From NCBI GenBank assembly GCA_035542895.1, contig DATKKN010000073.1, positions 1 to 38,645 on the forward strand: a stretch of DNA of 38,645 nt, in the 5' to 3' direction. Both the position numbers and the translations under genes were made by a program. Every line of letters starts with the position of its first letter. Position 1 is the first letter of the stretch. This document shows positions 1 through 7,656 of the stretch, piece after piece. A model generated the notes under the pieces. The model did no database searches and had not been told where the DNA came from. It worked only from the letters and a program-made list of their open reading frames with translations. Source of the stretch: Methanomicrobiales archaeon. Lineage in GTDB: Archaea; Halobacteriota; Methanomicrobia; Methanomicrobiales; JACTUA01.

Positions 1-1466
1 GCAGCGTAGCCCGGGACGCTCCGCCAGGACCGCGAGATACCGCCGGAGGTGTACTCCTCCACGTAATCGGCGGAGACGTTCACCTGGGCAAGGGCGAGCT
101 GCACGTCGTATACCTGGGGGTTACCGGTGACATTGATAAAAGCGGTGTTTCCGGCGGAGCCGTTCGTGTAGGAGGTGGCCGGGAGGCCGCCGCGATCGGC
201 GAGGTCGCGGAGCGTGTGGAGCCACATCGCTGAGGCATTGGCGGTCGTGGCCTGGATGGTGAGGTTGACCCACCGGGTGTTGTTCCCCGCCGGAAGTGCG
301 GTATTCTTGATATCGGTGACGGCGCTTGTGATGGTGATGGGGCCGCTCCCGCTTACATCGGCGTCCAAAACGGATCCCTGGAGAAGGATCTCACCAATGC
401 GTACTACCGGTGAGCTGTTCACCATCGAGAAGCTGATAGAGGGGGGGATCTCGTTGGTCGAGCCGTCTGCCTGCTCGAGGAAAACCCCGCCGAGCTGGTA
501 GTAGTAGGTCTGGGGGGTATAGTAGATATTGTTGGACCTGTATTCGATCGACCCGAGGGGCATCGTAATGGAGGTGACAGAGGGGGAGAACCCATAATTG
601 ACATAGTACGTCCCGGACACCATCGCATCGCTCTTGGAGATCAGGAGGTTCTGGGGGGTCTGGAACTGGGAGGAGATGCCGTATACAGGGTTCATGAGAT
701 CGACGCGGTAGACGGCTGAGGCGGATATGCCACGGTAGACGGCGAGGTTGTTCACGATAGGGGTTGAGCCGGTGAACGTGCTCACGGTGATATCAGAGCT
801 GTTCCAGACGTACTCGTACCACTCTGTCATACTGGCGATGCCGCCTTCCTCCGGCGAGCCAGGGGGAAAGGTGGTAATGTTGAACCGCTGGGTGTAGCTG
901 TACTGGGGGGAGATGTTCACCCAGACATCCCAACCGGGGCCGTCGACAAGGATCCCCCGTTGCGGGAAGAGATCGGCTGAGGAGATGTCGATGAAGAGGT
1001 GCTGGGGGGTGATGTTCACGTTCAGGCCGAAAGGTGTCGTTGTTATTGTCCGGGTGTCAGTGTAGCCGGATGAGCTCACGGGGAAGAAGGAATCCGAGGT
1101 GATGGTGATGTTCTCGGCCCGCTGGTTGAGGGCCAGGATCGCGCCGGCCTTCGCGGGCCTGAGGAAGGGGAAGAAGCCGAGGATCCCACCGGTCTCGCCG
1201 CTCCCGAGGGTGAGGGCCGGGCCGAAGTCGGTGGTGCACTGCCGGCTCGTCCAGAGGGTGTCGATATTGAGTTTATACTCGGTGAGGCTGTCCTTCACCG
1301 CGGACATCTGGGCGATCTCGTTCTCCCGCCCCATGGCCGGCATCATGTAAAGGAGGTAGACGGTGAGGGAAATCATGACGGCGGCGAGGATGAGGACAAA
1401 CCCGATGGCCTCGGAGACTCCTTCCCGCCGGGCCCTGCCCCGCGACGACCCCAAGCCGCAATTCAT
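1..1466 (-). CDS. Partial surface protein with an archaeal class III (type IV pilin-like) signal peptide. Its C-terminus lies beyond the window edge.
   Basis: The minus-strand frame is open from ATG 1466 (GAGGAG a few nt upstream) to position 1. It is absent from the ORF track because it has no stop codon in the window. The N-terminus MNCGLGSSRGRARREGVSEAIGFVLILAAVMISLTVYLLYMMP has a basic stretch, then G-VSE, then a hydrophobic helix of about 20 aa. The rest is T/S/N/Y-rich with many N-x-S/T sequons. Confidence 0.6.
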   Translation of the reverse strand, partial: MNCGLGSSRGRARREGVSEAIGFVLILAAVMISLTVYLLYMMPAMGRENEIAQMSAVKDSLTEYKLNIDTLWTSRQCTTDFGPALTLGSGETGGILGFFPFLRPAKAGAILALNQRAENITITSDSFFPVSSSGYTDTRTITTTPFGLNVNITPQHLFIDISSADLFPQRGILVDGPGWDVWVNISPQYSYTQRFNITTFPPGSPEEGGIASMTEWYEYVWNSSDITVSTFTGSTPIVNNLAVYRGISASAVYRVDLMNPVYGISSQFQTPQNLLISKSDAMVSGTYYVNYGFSPSVTSITMPLGSIEYRSNNIYYTPQTYYYQLGGVFLEQADGSTNEIPPSISFSMVNSSPVVRIGEILLQGSVLDADVSGSGPITITSAVTDIKNTALPAGNNTRWVNLTIQATTANASAMWLHTLRDLADRGGLPATSYTNGSAGNTAFINVTGNPQVYDVQLALAQVNVSADYVEEYTSGGISRSWRSVPGYA

Positions 1467-1499
1467 TCTTCTCCTCTTCCCGGGCGCCCTGCCATGATC

Positions 1500-1585
1500 C
1501 CCATAAAAATTCAGGGTTTTCCGATGCAGGGCTGTTTTTAATATATTATAAAATGGTAAACTATATAAATATCTTGGGTTTTTTC
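1500..1585. promoter_or_regulatory. AT-rich divergent promoter region between the pilin-like gene (minus) and lysK (plus).
   Basis: A sharp AT-rich island in otherwise GC-rich DNA: 'ccataaaaattc', 'tttttaatatattataaaatggtaaactatataaatatc'. It holds several TATA-box-like elements on both strands. Confidence 0.4.
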
Positions 1586-1618
1586 CTTTGCCGGTCCGGG
1601 GGTCCCGGCTGATCCCTG

Positions 1619-1847
1619 CGGAGCTCTGGTTGTTCTTCGACCTGGTTTAAAATAAATGAGAGGAAGGGGAAGGCCGTGAAGATCTCTCCCCGGAGTCAAA
1701 CACTTCGGGGTTTCACCCCTCGGAGTTGGCACCCCCCGGAGTCAAACACCTGCGGAGTCTTCGACTCCTCGGAGGTCGACTCCTTCGGAGTCAAACACCT
1801 CGGAGCTCCGCTCCTCGGAGTTTCGACTTCCTTCGGAAGTCAAACAC
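1619..1847 (+). repeat. Degenerate tandem repeat array. CGGAG recurs about every 16 nt, with a higher-order unit of about 47 nt that carries the 13-mer CGGAGTCAAACAC.
   Basis: CGGAGTCAAACAC occurs at 1691-1703, 1737-1749 and 1786-1798, and CGGAAGTCAAACAC at 1834-1847. CGGAG also occurs at 1619, 1721, 1753, 1770, 1801 and 1816. Small palindromes are interleaved (GGAGTCttcGACTCC at 1754-1768, GGAGCtccGCTCC at 1802-1814). Confidence 0.8.
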
Positions 1848-1866
1848 TAAATAAAGGGAGAGAACG

Positions 1867-3411
1867 ATGTATGATGAGACCATGGGAGGAGCAGGCGAGA
1901 AGGTCCACTGGGCAGACGTGGTCGCGGCCTCGGTTAAGGAGGGAGCAGGGCACCGGGTAGCCACCGGGATAACCCCCTCCGGGCCCATCCACATCGGGAA
2001 CATGCGGGAGGTCCTCACCGGGGACCTCGTGTACAAGGCCATGAAAGAGCGTGGGCTTTCGGCAGAGCTCCTCTACATCGCCGACGACTTCGACCCGCTC
2101 CGGAAGGTGTACCCGTTCCTTCCCGAGTCCTATGCCCCGTACGTGGGGAAGCCGGTCTCGGACATCCCCTGCCCCTGTGGCAGGCACCGGAGCTATGCGG
2201 ACCACTTCCTTACCCCGTTCCTCTCGGCCCTCTCGGAGCTGGACATTGCACCAAGGGTGTACCTCGCGAGCGAACTCTACCGCTCGGGGGCGTACACGAA
2301 GGAAATCGGGATCGCCATCGAGCATACGGCCGATATCCGGCACATCCTCGAGCATGTGTCGGGCCGGACCCTGCCCGCCGACTGGTCCCCCTTCTACCCG
2401 CTGTGCAGCGTCTGCGGGAAACTCTCCCCGGCCCGGATCCTTGAACATGACCCCTACCGGCACACGGTCCGGTACAGGTGCGCCTGCGGGAACGAGGGCA
2501 CCGCCGATTATTCGCGGGGCGAGGGAAAGCTCGTCTGGCGGGTCGACTGGCCCATGCGCTGGGCCCACTTCGGGGTCACCGTCGAGCCCTTTGGCAAGGA
2601 CCATGCCACCTCGGGGGGTTCCTATGATACCGGGAAGGAGATAGCCCGCAGGATCTTCCGGTGCGAGCCCCCCCACCCGGTCATCTATGAATGGATCAGC
2701 CTGAAGGGGAAGGGGGCGATGCATTCCTCAAAGGGCGTGGTCGTGACCATCAACGAGATGCTCGAGATCGTCCCGCCCGACGTGCTCCGGTACCTCATCG
2801 CCCGGACGAGGCCCGAGCGGACCATCGACTTCGACCCCGGGATGGGGCTCATCTCCCTCATCGACGAGTACGACCGGGTCTCCCACGAGGCCTCGGGGAG
2901 GGAGTACGAGCTCTCCCGGATCGCCTCCATCCCCACCCGGATCCCCTTCCGGCACATGGTGACCGTGGTCCAGATCGCCCACGACGAAAAAAGGCTCCTC
3001 CAGTGCCTCGCGCGGACAAGCTACGACGTGACGAACACGGAAAACATTCTCAGGCAGGCTGAGCGCGTGCGGGTCTGGATCCGGAAGTATGCGCCCGAGT
3101 CGGTGAGGTTCTCGGTGAAGGAGAGGCTCCCCCTCCAGATCGGGGACCTCCCCGAGGCCGACATCCAGGCCCTCTCGGCGTACCTCGAGTTCTTAAAGGC
3201 CCTCCCGGGCTGGTCGGCCGAGGAGATCCACAACGGCGTGTACGAGGTCGCGCCCCGGTGCGGGACGGATGCGAAGCACCTCTTCGGGCTCGTCTACCTT
3301 GCCTTCCTCGGGCAGACGCGGGGGCCCCGGCTCGGCTGGTTCCTCGAGGCCCTCGGGAGGGAGTTCGTCACCGGGCGCCTCTCCGAGGCGGTGTACCCCT
3401 GTGTCCTCTAG
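1867..3411 (+). CDS. lysK: Class I lysyl-tRNA synthetase.
   Basis: The N-terminus has 'HWAD', the HIGH-type motif is 'PSGPIHIGNMRE', and the KMSKS-type loop is 'AMHSSKG'. Length is 514 aa. The start could be ATG 1867 (GGGAGAG upstream) or ATG 1882. Confidence 0.9.
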   Translation: MYDETMGGAGEKVHWADVVAASVKEGAGHRVATGITPSGPIHIGNMREVLTGDLVYKAMKERGLSAELLYIADDFDPLRKVYPFLPESYAPYVGKPVSDIPCPCGRHRSYADHFLTPFLSALSELDIAPRVYLASELYRSGAYTKEIGIAIEHTADIRHILEHVSGRTLPADWSPFYPLCSVCGKLSPARILEHDPYRHTVRYRCACGNEGTADYSRGEGKLVWRVDWPMRWAHFGVTVEPFGKDHATSGGSYDTGKEIARRIFRCEPPHPVIYEWISLKGKGAMHSSKGVVVTINEMLEIVPPDVLRYLIARTRPERTIDFDPGMGLISLIDEYDRVSHEASGREYELSRIASIPTRIPFRHMVTVVQIAHDEKRLLQCLARTSYDVTNTENILRQAERVRVWIRKYAPESVRFSVKERLPLQIGDLPEADIQALSAYLEFLKALPGWSAEEIHNGVYEVAPRCGTDAKHLFGLVYLAFLGQTRGPRLGWFLEALGREFVTGRLSEAVYPCVL

Positions 3412-3457
3412 GCCCTCCCTCTCCCGGGGATGCGAGCTCTGCTGCCGGGGGGCGAAG

Positions 3458-4390
3458 ATGGTCCTCTTCGTCACCGGCCTCTGCCACCGGCGCTGCTGGT
3501 ACTGCCCCCTGTCGGAGGAGCGGTCGGGCAGGGATCTCGCCTTCGCAAACGACCGGCCGGTGCAACGTCCGGAGGACTTCATTGCCGAGGCGCGGCTCAT
3601 GGATGCCCTCGGGACGAGCATCACCGGCGGGGAGCCCTTCCTCGTCCCCGACCGGGTGGCCCGGTTCTGCCGTACCCTGAAGGAGACCTTCGGGGTGGAC
3701 CACCACATTCACCTCTACACGGGGATGGCGCCCACCGCGGAAATGCTCCTCCCCCTCACCGGTCTCGTGGACGAGATCCGTCTCCACCCGCCCCAGGAGG
3801 AATGGCCCCGGATCCCCGGGTCGCCCTTTGCCCGGGCGCTCGGGATCGCCCGGGACCTCGGGTTTGCCGTCGGGATCGAGGTCCCCGCGCTTCCCGGGGT
3901 CCATGCCCTCGCGGATATCCTCCCCCTCGTGGATTTCCTGAACGTGAACGAGCTCGAGTGGGGCGGGACCAATGCCGGCGAGATGAGGAGAAGGGGATAC
4001 GTCCCGGCCGACGGGCTCCACAACGCGGTCCAGGGCTCCCGGCGATGGACAAAGGACCTCGCCCACCGGGAGAAGGTCCGCTGGTGCTCATCCCGGTCCA
4101 AGGACGCCGTCCAGCTCCGCGAACGCCTGAAGCGCATCGCCGCACGGACCGCCCGGCCCTTCGACGAGGTGACCGGCGACGGGACCGTCGTGTACGGGGT
4201 ATTCGAGCCCGAAGGGGTATCCCCCCCCCGCACCCTCGGCCTCCCCGAGGGGGATTACGAGGTGTGCGACGGCGCGATCGAGCTCTCCTGGAGGGCCCTC
4301 AGGAAGAGGGCGAAACGGCTCCCCGGAAAAAAGTACATTGTCGAACGGTACCCCAACCGGGGGGTCGTTGTCGAGGTGACCCCCCTGTGA
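3458..4390 (+). CDS. Radical SAM protein (PflA-related, COG2108-like), specific function unknown.
   Basis: The CxxxCxxC motif 'CHRRCWYC' follows directly after MVLFVTGL, and a 'GGEPFL' glycine motif is present. The track ORF starts at 3269, but its first 63 codons overlap lysK and are R/S/G-rich, so I chose ATG 3458. Confidence 0.7.
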   Translation: MVLFVTGLCHRRCWYCPLSEERSGRDLAFANDRPVQRPEDFIAEARLMDALGTSITGGEPFLVPDRVARFCRTLKETFGVDHHIHLYTGMAPTAEMLLPLTGLVDEIRLHPPQEEWPRIPGSPFARALGIARDLGFAVGIEVPALPGVHALADILPLVDFLNVNELEWGGTNAGEMRRRGYVPADGLHNAVQGSRRWTKDLAHREKVRWCSSRSKDAVQLRERLKRIAARTARPFDEVTGDGTVVYGVFEPEGVSPPRTLGLPEGDYEVCDGAIELSWRALRKRAKRLPGKKYIVERYPNRGVVVEVTPL

Positions 4391-5166
4391 GGGCCAGGTC
4401 CGGCCTCGAGGGGTTCTACGAGCGCCTCCTCGGCTGGCAGATCCGGCACGTCCCCCTCCATATCGCCATCATCCAGGACGGGAACCGCCGGTTCGCGCGG
4501 TTGCAGGGCATGGAAACCGGGGAGGGGCACCGCGCGGGGGCGGACACCACCGAGCAGGTCCTGGACTGGGCGCACGAGATGGGGGTGAAGTACATCACCC
4601 TCTACTCCTTCTCAACAGAAAACTTCCGGCGGGACAGTGCAGAGGTCGAAGGCCTGTTTTCCCTCTTCAAGGAGCGCTTTTCGAAGATCATCTGCGACGA
4701 ACGGGTCCACAGCCGCCGGATCCGGGTGCGTGTCCTCGGCGACCGGGCCCTCCTCCCCCCCGACCTCCTGGAGCGGGTGGAGGCCGCGGAGGAGGCGACC
4801 CGGGCGTACGGGAACTACTTCCTGAACATTGCCATAGCGTACGGGGGAAGGAATGAGATCGTCCACGCCGCCCGGTCCATCCTCCGGTCGGTGAGGGACG
4901 GATCCATCGCCCCGGGGGAGATCGACCCTGCCCTGGTCGAGCGGCACCTCTGCGACGGTAAGTCCCTCCCCCCCGTCGATCTCATTATCCGGACCGGGAA
5001 CGAGCGCCGCACCTCGAACTTCCTCCCCTGGCTCGCGAACGGGAAGGAGAGCGCGGTCTACTTCTGCGCACCCCACTGGCCGGCCTTCAGGAAGATCGAC
5101 CTCCTCCGAGCGCTCCGGCTCTATGACCAGCGGATGCGGGAGAAGGAGCCCCCGGGCCCGGTGTGA
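4387..5166 (+). CDS. uppS: cis-Prenyltransferase (undecaprenyl/dolichyl-type diphosphate synthase), catalytic-type subunit.
   Basis: Motifs 'IIQDGNRRFA', 'YSFSTENFRR', 'IAYGGRNEI' and 'IRTGNERRTSNFLPW' are present. I chose GTG 4387, which overlaps the radical SAM stop codon (GTGA). The track start at 3430 is an out-of-context extension across the upstream gene. Confidence 0.88.
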   Translation: MRARSGLEGFYERLLGWQIRHVPLHIAIIQDGNRRFARLQGMETGEGHRAGADTTEQVLDWAHEMGVKYITLYSFSTENFRRDSAEVEGLFSLFKERFSKIICDERVHSRRIRVRVLGDRALLPPDLLERVEAAEEATRAYGNYFLNIAIAYGGRNEIVHAARSILRSVRDGSIAPGEIDPALVERHLCDGKSLPPVDLIIRTGNERRTSNFLPWLANGKESAVYFCAPHWPAFRKIDLLRALRLYDQRMREKEPPGPV

Positions 5167-5183
5167 ACCGGATCCCGTTGCCG

Positions 5184-5783
5184 TCAGCTCCCGAACCGGC
5201 GTTTCCGTGACTGGTAATCCCGGAGCGCCCTGAGGAAGTCCACCTTCCGGAAGAGCCTCCAGTTCACGTCGGAGAAGAAGAGCTCGGAGTAGACGCTCTG
5301 CCAGATCAGGAAGTCGGTGAGGTGGGAGCCGCCGGTCTTGATCACGAGATCGGGGGTGTACCGGAAGGTGAGGTACGAGTCGATGAGCCCTTCGTCCACC
5401 CCCTCCGGGTCGACCCCGTCCTCGGCCATTCCCCGGATGCACCCGGTGATCTCCTCGCGGCCCGAGTGGCCGATGGCGACGTGGACCGGCATCCCTTCCC
5501 CCATCTGCTCCTCCCGGTCGCCCCCGTGGAGCTCAAGGCGGGCGAAATCCGCGATCCTGCAGATGAAGGGGAGAAACGGGTCGATCCTTGCCGTGTTCCT
5601 GGTGCTGATGTGGAAGGTGACCCCGGGGATCCCTACATCCCGGCACCAGCCGCTCACCTCGGCGATCTTTTCCGGGGCGTCGAGCATGTCCTGCTCGGTG
5701 ATCATGAAGCAGAGGTGCTCGGGGAGGAGGGTGAGCCTCCGGAGGAGGAGCCGCTCGTAGAGCCAGTAGATCACGAGGCCCAC
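5184..5783 (-). CDS. Divergent cis-prenyltransferase-family paralogue (candidate non-catalytic, NgBR/Nus1-like partner subunit).
   Basis: The C-terminal half 'DLVIKTGGSHLTDFLIWQSVYSELFFSDVNW...RKRRFGS' is clearly UPPS-like and ends in an RxG motif. The N-terminal DGNRR catalytic motif is replaced ('FMITEQDM'). The start is GTG 5783 or GTG 5774 (GTGA overlap with the polX stop). Confidence 0.7.
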   Translation of the reverse strand: MGLVIYWLYERLLLRRLTLLPEHLCFMITEQDMLDAPEKIAEVSGWCRDVGIPGVTFHISTRNTARIDPFLPFICRIADFARLELHGGDREEQMGEGMPVHVAIGHSGREEITGCIRGMAEDGVDPEGVDEGLIDSYLTFRYTPDLVIKTGGSHLTDFLIWQSVYSELFFSDVNWRLFRKVDFLRALRDYQSRKRRFGS

Positions 5784-7462
5784 CTGAGGAGCGATTCCCG
5801 GTCCATGGTGTTCAGGACATCATCCGGGCTGCACCAGCCCCTCCGGGCGAGGGTGATGCCGTACCTGATGTGGGTGAGCTCCTCCCTCTTGTGAGTATCC
5901 GTCCCGATGGAGAGCTTCACCCCATGGTCCCGGGCCTCCCGGATCTGGGGGTCATCGAGGTCCATCCGGTATGGGGAGGAGTTGATCTCAAGAGCGGTCC
6001 CCGTGGTCTTCGCGGCCTCGATGACCCGGTCCATGTCGAGCTCGTAGGCCGGGCGGGAGGGGATGAGCCGGCCGGTCGGGTGCCCCAGGATGTCCACGTG
6101 TTCGTTCGAGATGGCCGTGAGGACCCGGCGGGTCATGAGGTCCAGTTCCTCATGCATCCCCGAGTGGACCGATGCGATGACCAGGTCGAGGTCGGCGAGG
6201 ACCCTATCCGGGAGGCCGAGGCTCCCGTCGGCGAGGATGTCCACCTCGATACCGGCGAGCAGCTTGCAGTGGTGCCCCCGGTTCGCCTGCTCGATCTCCC
6301 GCCCCTGGTCCTTTACCCCGTCGGCGTCGAGGCCGTGGGTCACCCCAAGGGTCGAGGTATGGTCCGAGACGAGGATGTACTCGTAACCGAGCTGGTCCCC
6401 GGCGGCCGCGAGCTCCTCAGGGGTCAGGTACCCATCAGTCGCGGACGTGTGGACATGGAGGTCTCCCCGGATGGCCGGGGGTTCCACGAGTATGGGAAGA
6501 TCACCGGCGAGGGCCCGTTCAATCTCCCCCCGATCCTCCCGGATCTCGGGAGGGAAGTAGGGGAGGCCCAGGAAGGAAAAGAGGGAGGCCTCGTCCGGGA
6601 AAATGTGGAGCCCGCCCTCCTCACGCTCCCCGAGGCCATACTCGTTCAGTTTCAGGCCTTTCCCGATGGCGATCTCGCGGAGGTGGATGTTGAACTCCTT
6701 GGAGCCGGTCAGGTAGAGGAGCATGGACCCGAAGGAGTCCGGTTCCGTGAACCGGAAATCCACCTTCTGGCCCAGGCAACGGATCGTGGTCTTCTCGTTC
6801 CCCGCAGCGACAATCTCGTCGGCCACGGACCTGACCCGGGCGTTCACGGCCGCGGGGGGTTCCTTGGTCGCGATGTCGATATCCCCCACCGTGGACTTCC
6901 CCCGCCGGTAGCTCCCCGCGACCTCGAACTTACCCGGGGTGAGGACCGAGGTTGCCTTCGCCACCACGGCTTCGGCCTGGTCCCGGGTCATCCGCGTAGC
7001 CGCGGCGCGGTACCGGGCGATGGACCTGAGGAACTCGGACTCCTTCTTCTCGCCGAAGCCCTTCACCGCCCGGATCCTCCGCTGCCGGGCCGCCCGCTCC
7101 AGGTCGTCGACGGACTGGATCCCGAGCTTCATCCAGAGGGTATGGACCGTCTTCGGCCCGACCCCGTCGAGCCTCAGGAGCTCGGGGAGAGACTCCGGGA
7201 TTTTCTTCTCGAGCTCCTCGAGCTCGGGGAAGGTCCCGGTCTTTAAGATGGCCGCGATCTTCCCGGCGATCTTGCTCCCGATCCCGGGGATGGCAAGGAG
7301 GGCCTTATCGTCAAGCCCCGAGACCGGGACCGGGAGCTCCTCCAGGTGCTTTGCCGCCCGCTCGTAGGCCCGCACCTTGAAGATGTCCTCCTCCCCCGTT
7401 ACTTCAAGGAGCTGGCCCATGAAGCGGAGGCGCTCCGCCACCTGCCGGTTCGAGGCCGCCAT
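5771..7462 (-). CDS. polX: Family X DNA polymerase with a C-terminal PHP (3'-5' exonuclease/phosphoesterase) domain.
   Basis: Helix-hairpin-helix motifs 'GIGSKIAGKI' and 'GVGPKTV' are present. The Pol-beta nucleotidyltransferase motif is 'GSYRRGKSTVGDIDI'. PHP motifs are 'DLHVHTSATDG', 'VSDHT' and 'GTDTH'. Length is 563 aa. Confidence 0.9.
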   Translation of the reverse strand: MAASNRQVAERLRFMGQLLEVTGEEDIFKVRAYERAAKHLEELPVPVSGLDDKALLAIPGIGSKIAGKIAAILKTGTFPELEELEKKIPESLPELLRLDGVGPKTVHTLWMKLGIQSVDDLERAARQRRIRAVKGFGEKKESEFLRSIARYRAAATRMTRDQAEAVVAKATSVLTPGKFEVAGSYRRGKSTVGDIDIATKEPPAAVNARVRSVADEIVAAGNEKTTIRCLGQKVDFRFTEPDSFGSMLLYLTGSKEFNIHLREIAIGKGLKLNEYGLGEREEGGLHIFPDEASLFSFLGLPYFPPEIREDRGEIERALAGDLPILVEPPAIRGDLHVHTSATDGYLTPEELAAAGDQLGYEYILVSDHTSTLGVTHGLDADGVKDQGREIEQANRGHHCKLLAGIEVDILADGSLGLPDRVLADLDLVIASVHSGMHEELDLMTRRVLTAISNEHVDILGHPTGRLIPSRPAYELDMDRVIEAAKTTGTALEINSSPYRMDLDDPQIREARDHGVKLSIGTDTHKREELTHIRYGITLARRGWCSPDDVLNTMDRESLLRWAS

Positions 7463-7592
7463 GCGTACATCTCTCCACCCCGCGGTATATGTTCTCTCCT
7501 TCCTGGGTTGAAGGTTTGCGTGTCCAGGGGACCGGCTCCCTTACGGGACCCGATCACTGGTCCAGAGGGGCCCCATTCCCCCTGAACAGTCC

Positions 7593-7610
7593 GTGTCCCT
7601 GACGGGACAC
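7593..7610. promoter_or_regulatory. Perfect 7-4-7 palindrome GTGTCCC-TGAC-GGGACAC in the polX / dtxR-feoA-feoB divergent intergenic region.
   Basis: Read directly from the sequence. Related CGGGAC half-sites lie near 7545 and 7624. The palindrome sits about 50-65 nt upstream of the regulator start codon. Confidence 0.4.
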
Positions 7611-7656
7611 GTCCTGCTCCCTTTCGGGACCGGGCCCAAACCGATATGACGGGCCG

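Noticed and set aside
1619-1847. Whether the repeat arrays here, or at 11511-11566, could be CRISPR arrays.
   Set aside because: The repeat units are 13-28 nt with no unique spacers of about 30-40 nt between them. Copy number is only 2-4, and there are no cas genes or leader-like context.
1676-1960. A 94-aa plus-strand ORF spanning the repeat array upstream of lysK.
   Set aside because: Its sequence simply reflects the nucleotide repeats (…GFTPRSWHPPESNTCGVFDSSEVDSFGVKHLG…) and it runs out of frame into lysK. The periodicity is about 16/47 nt, not a multiple of 3 maintained across units, so it is not coding.
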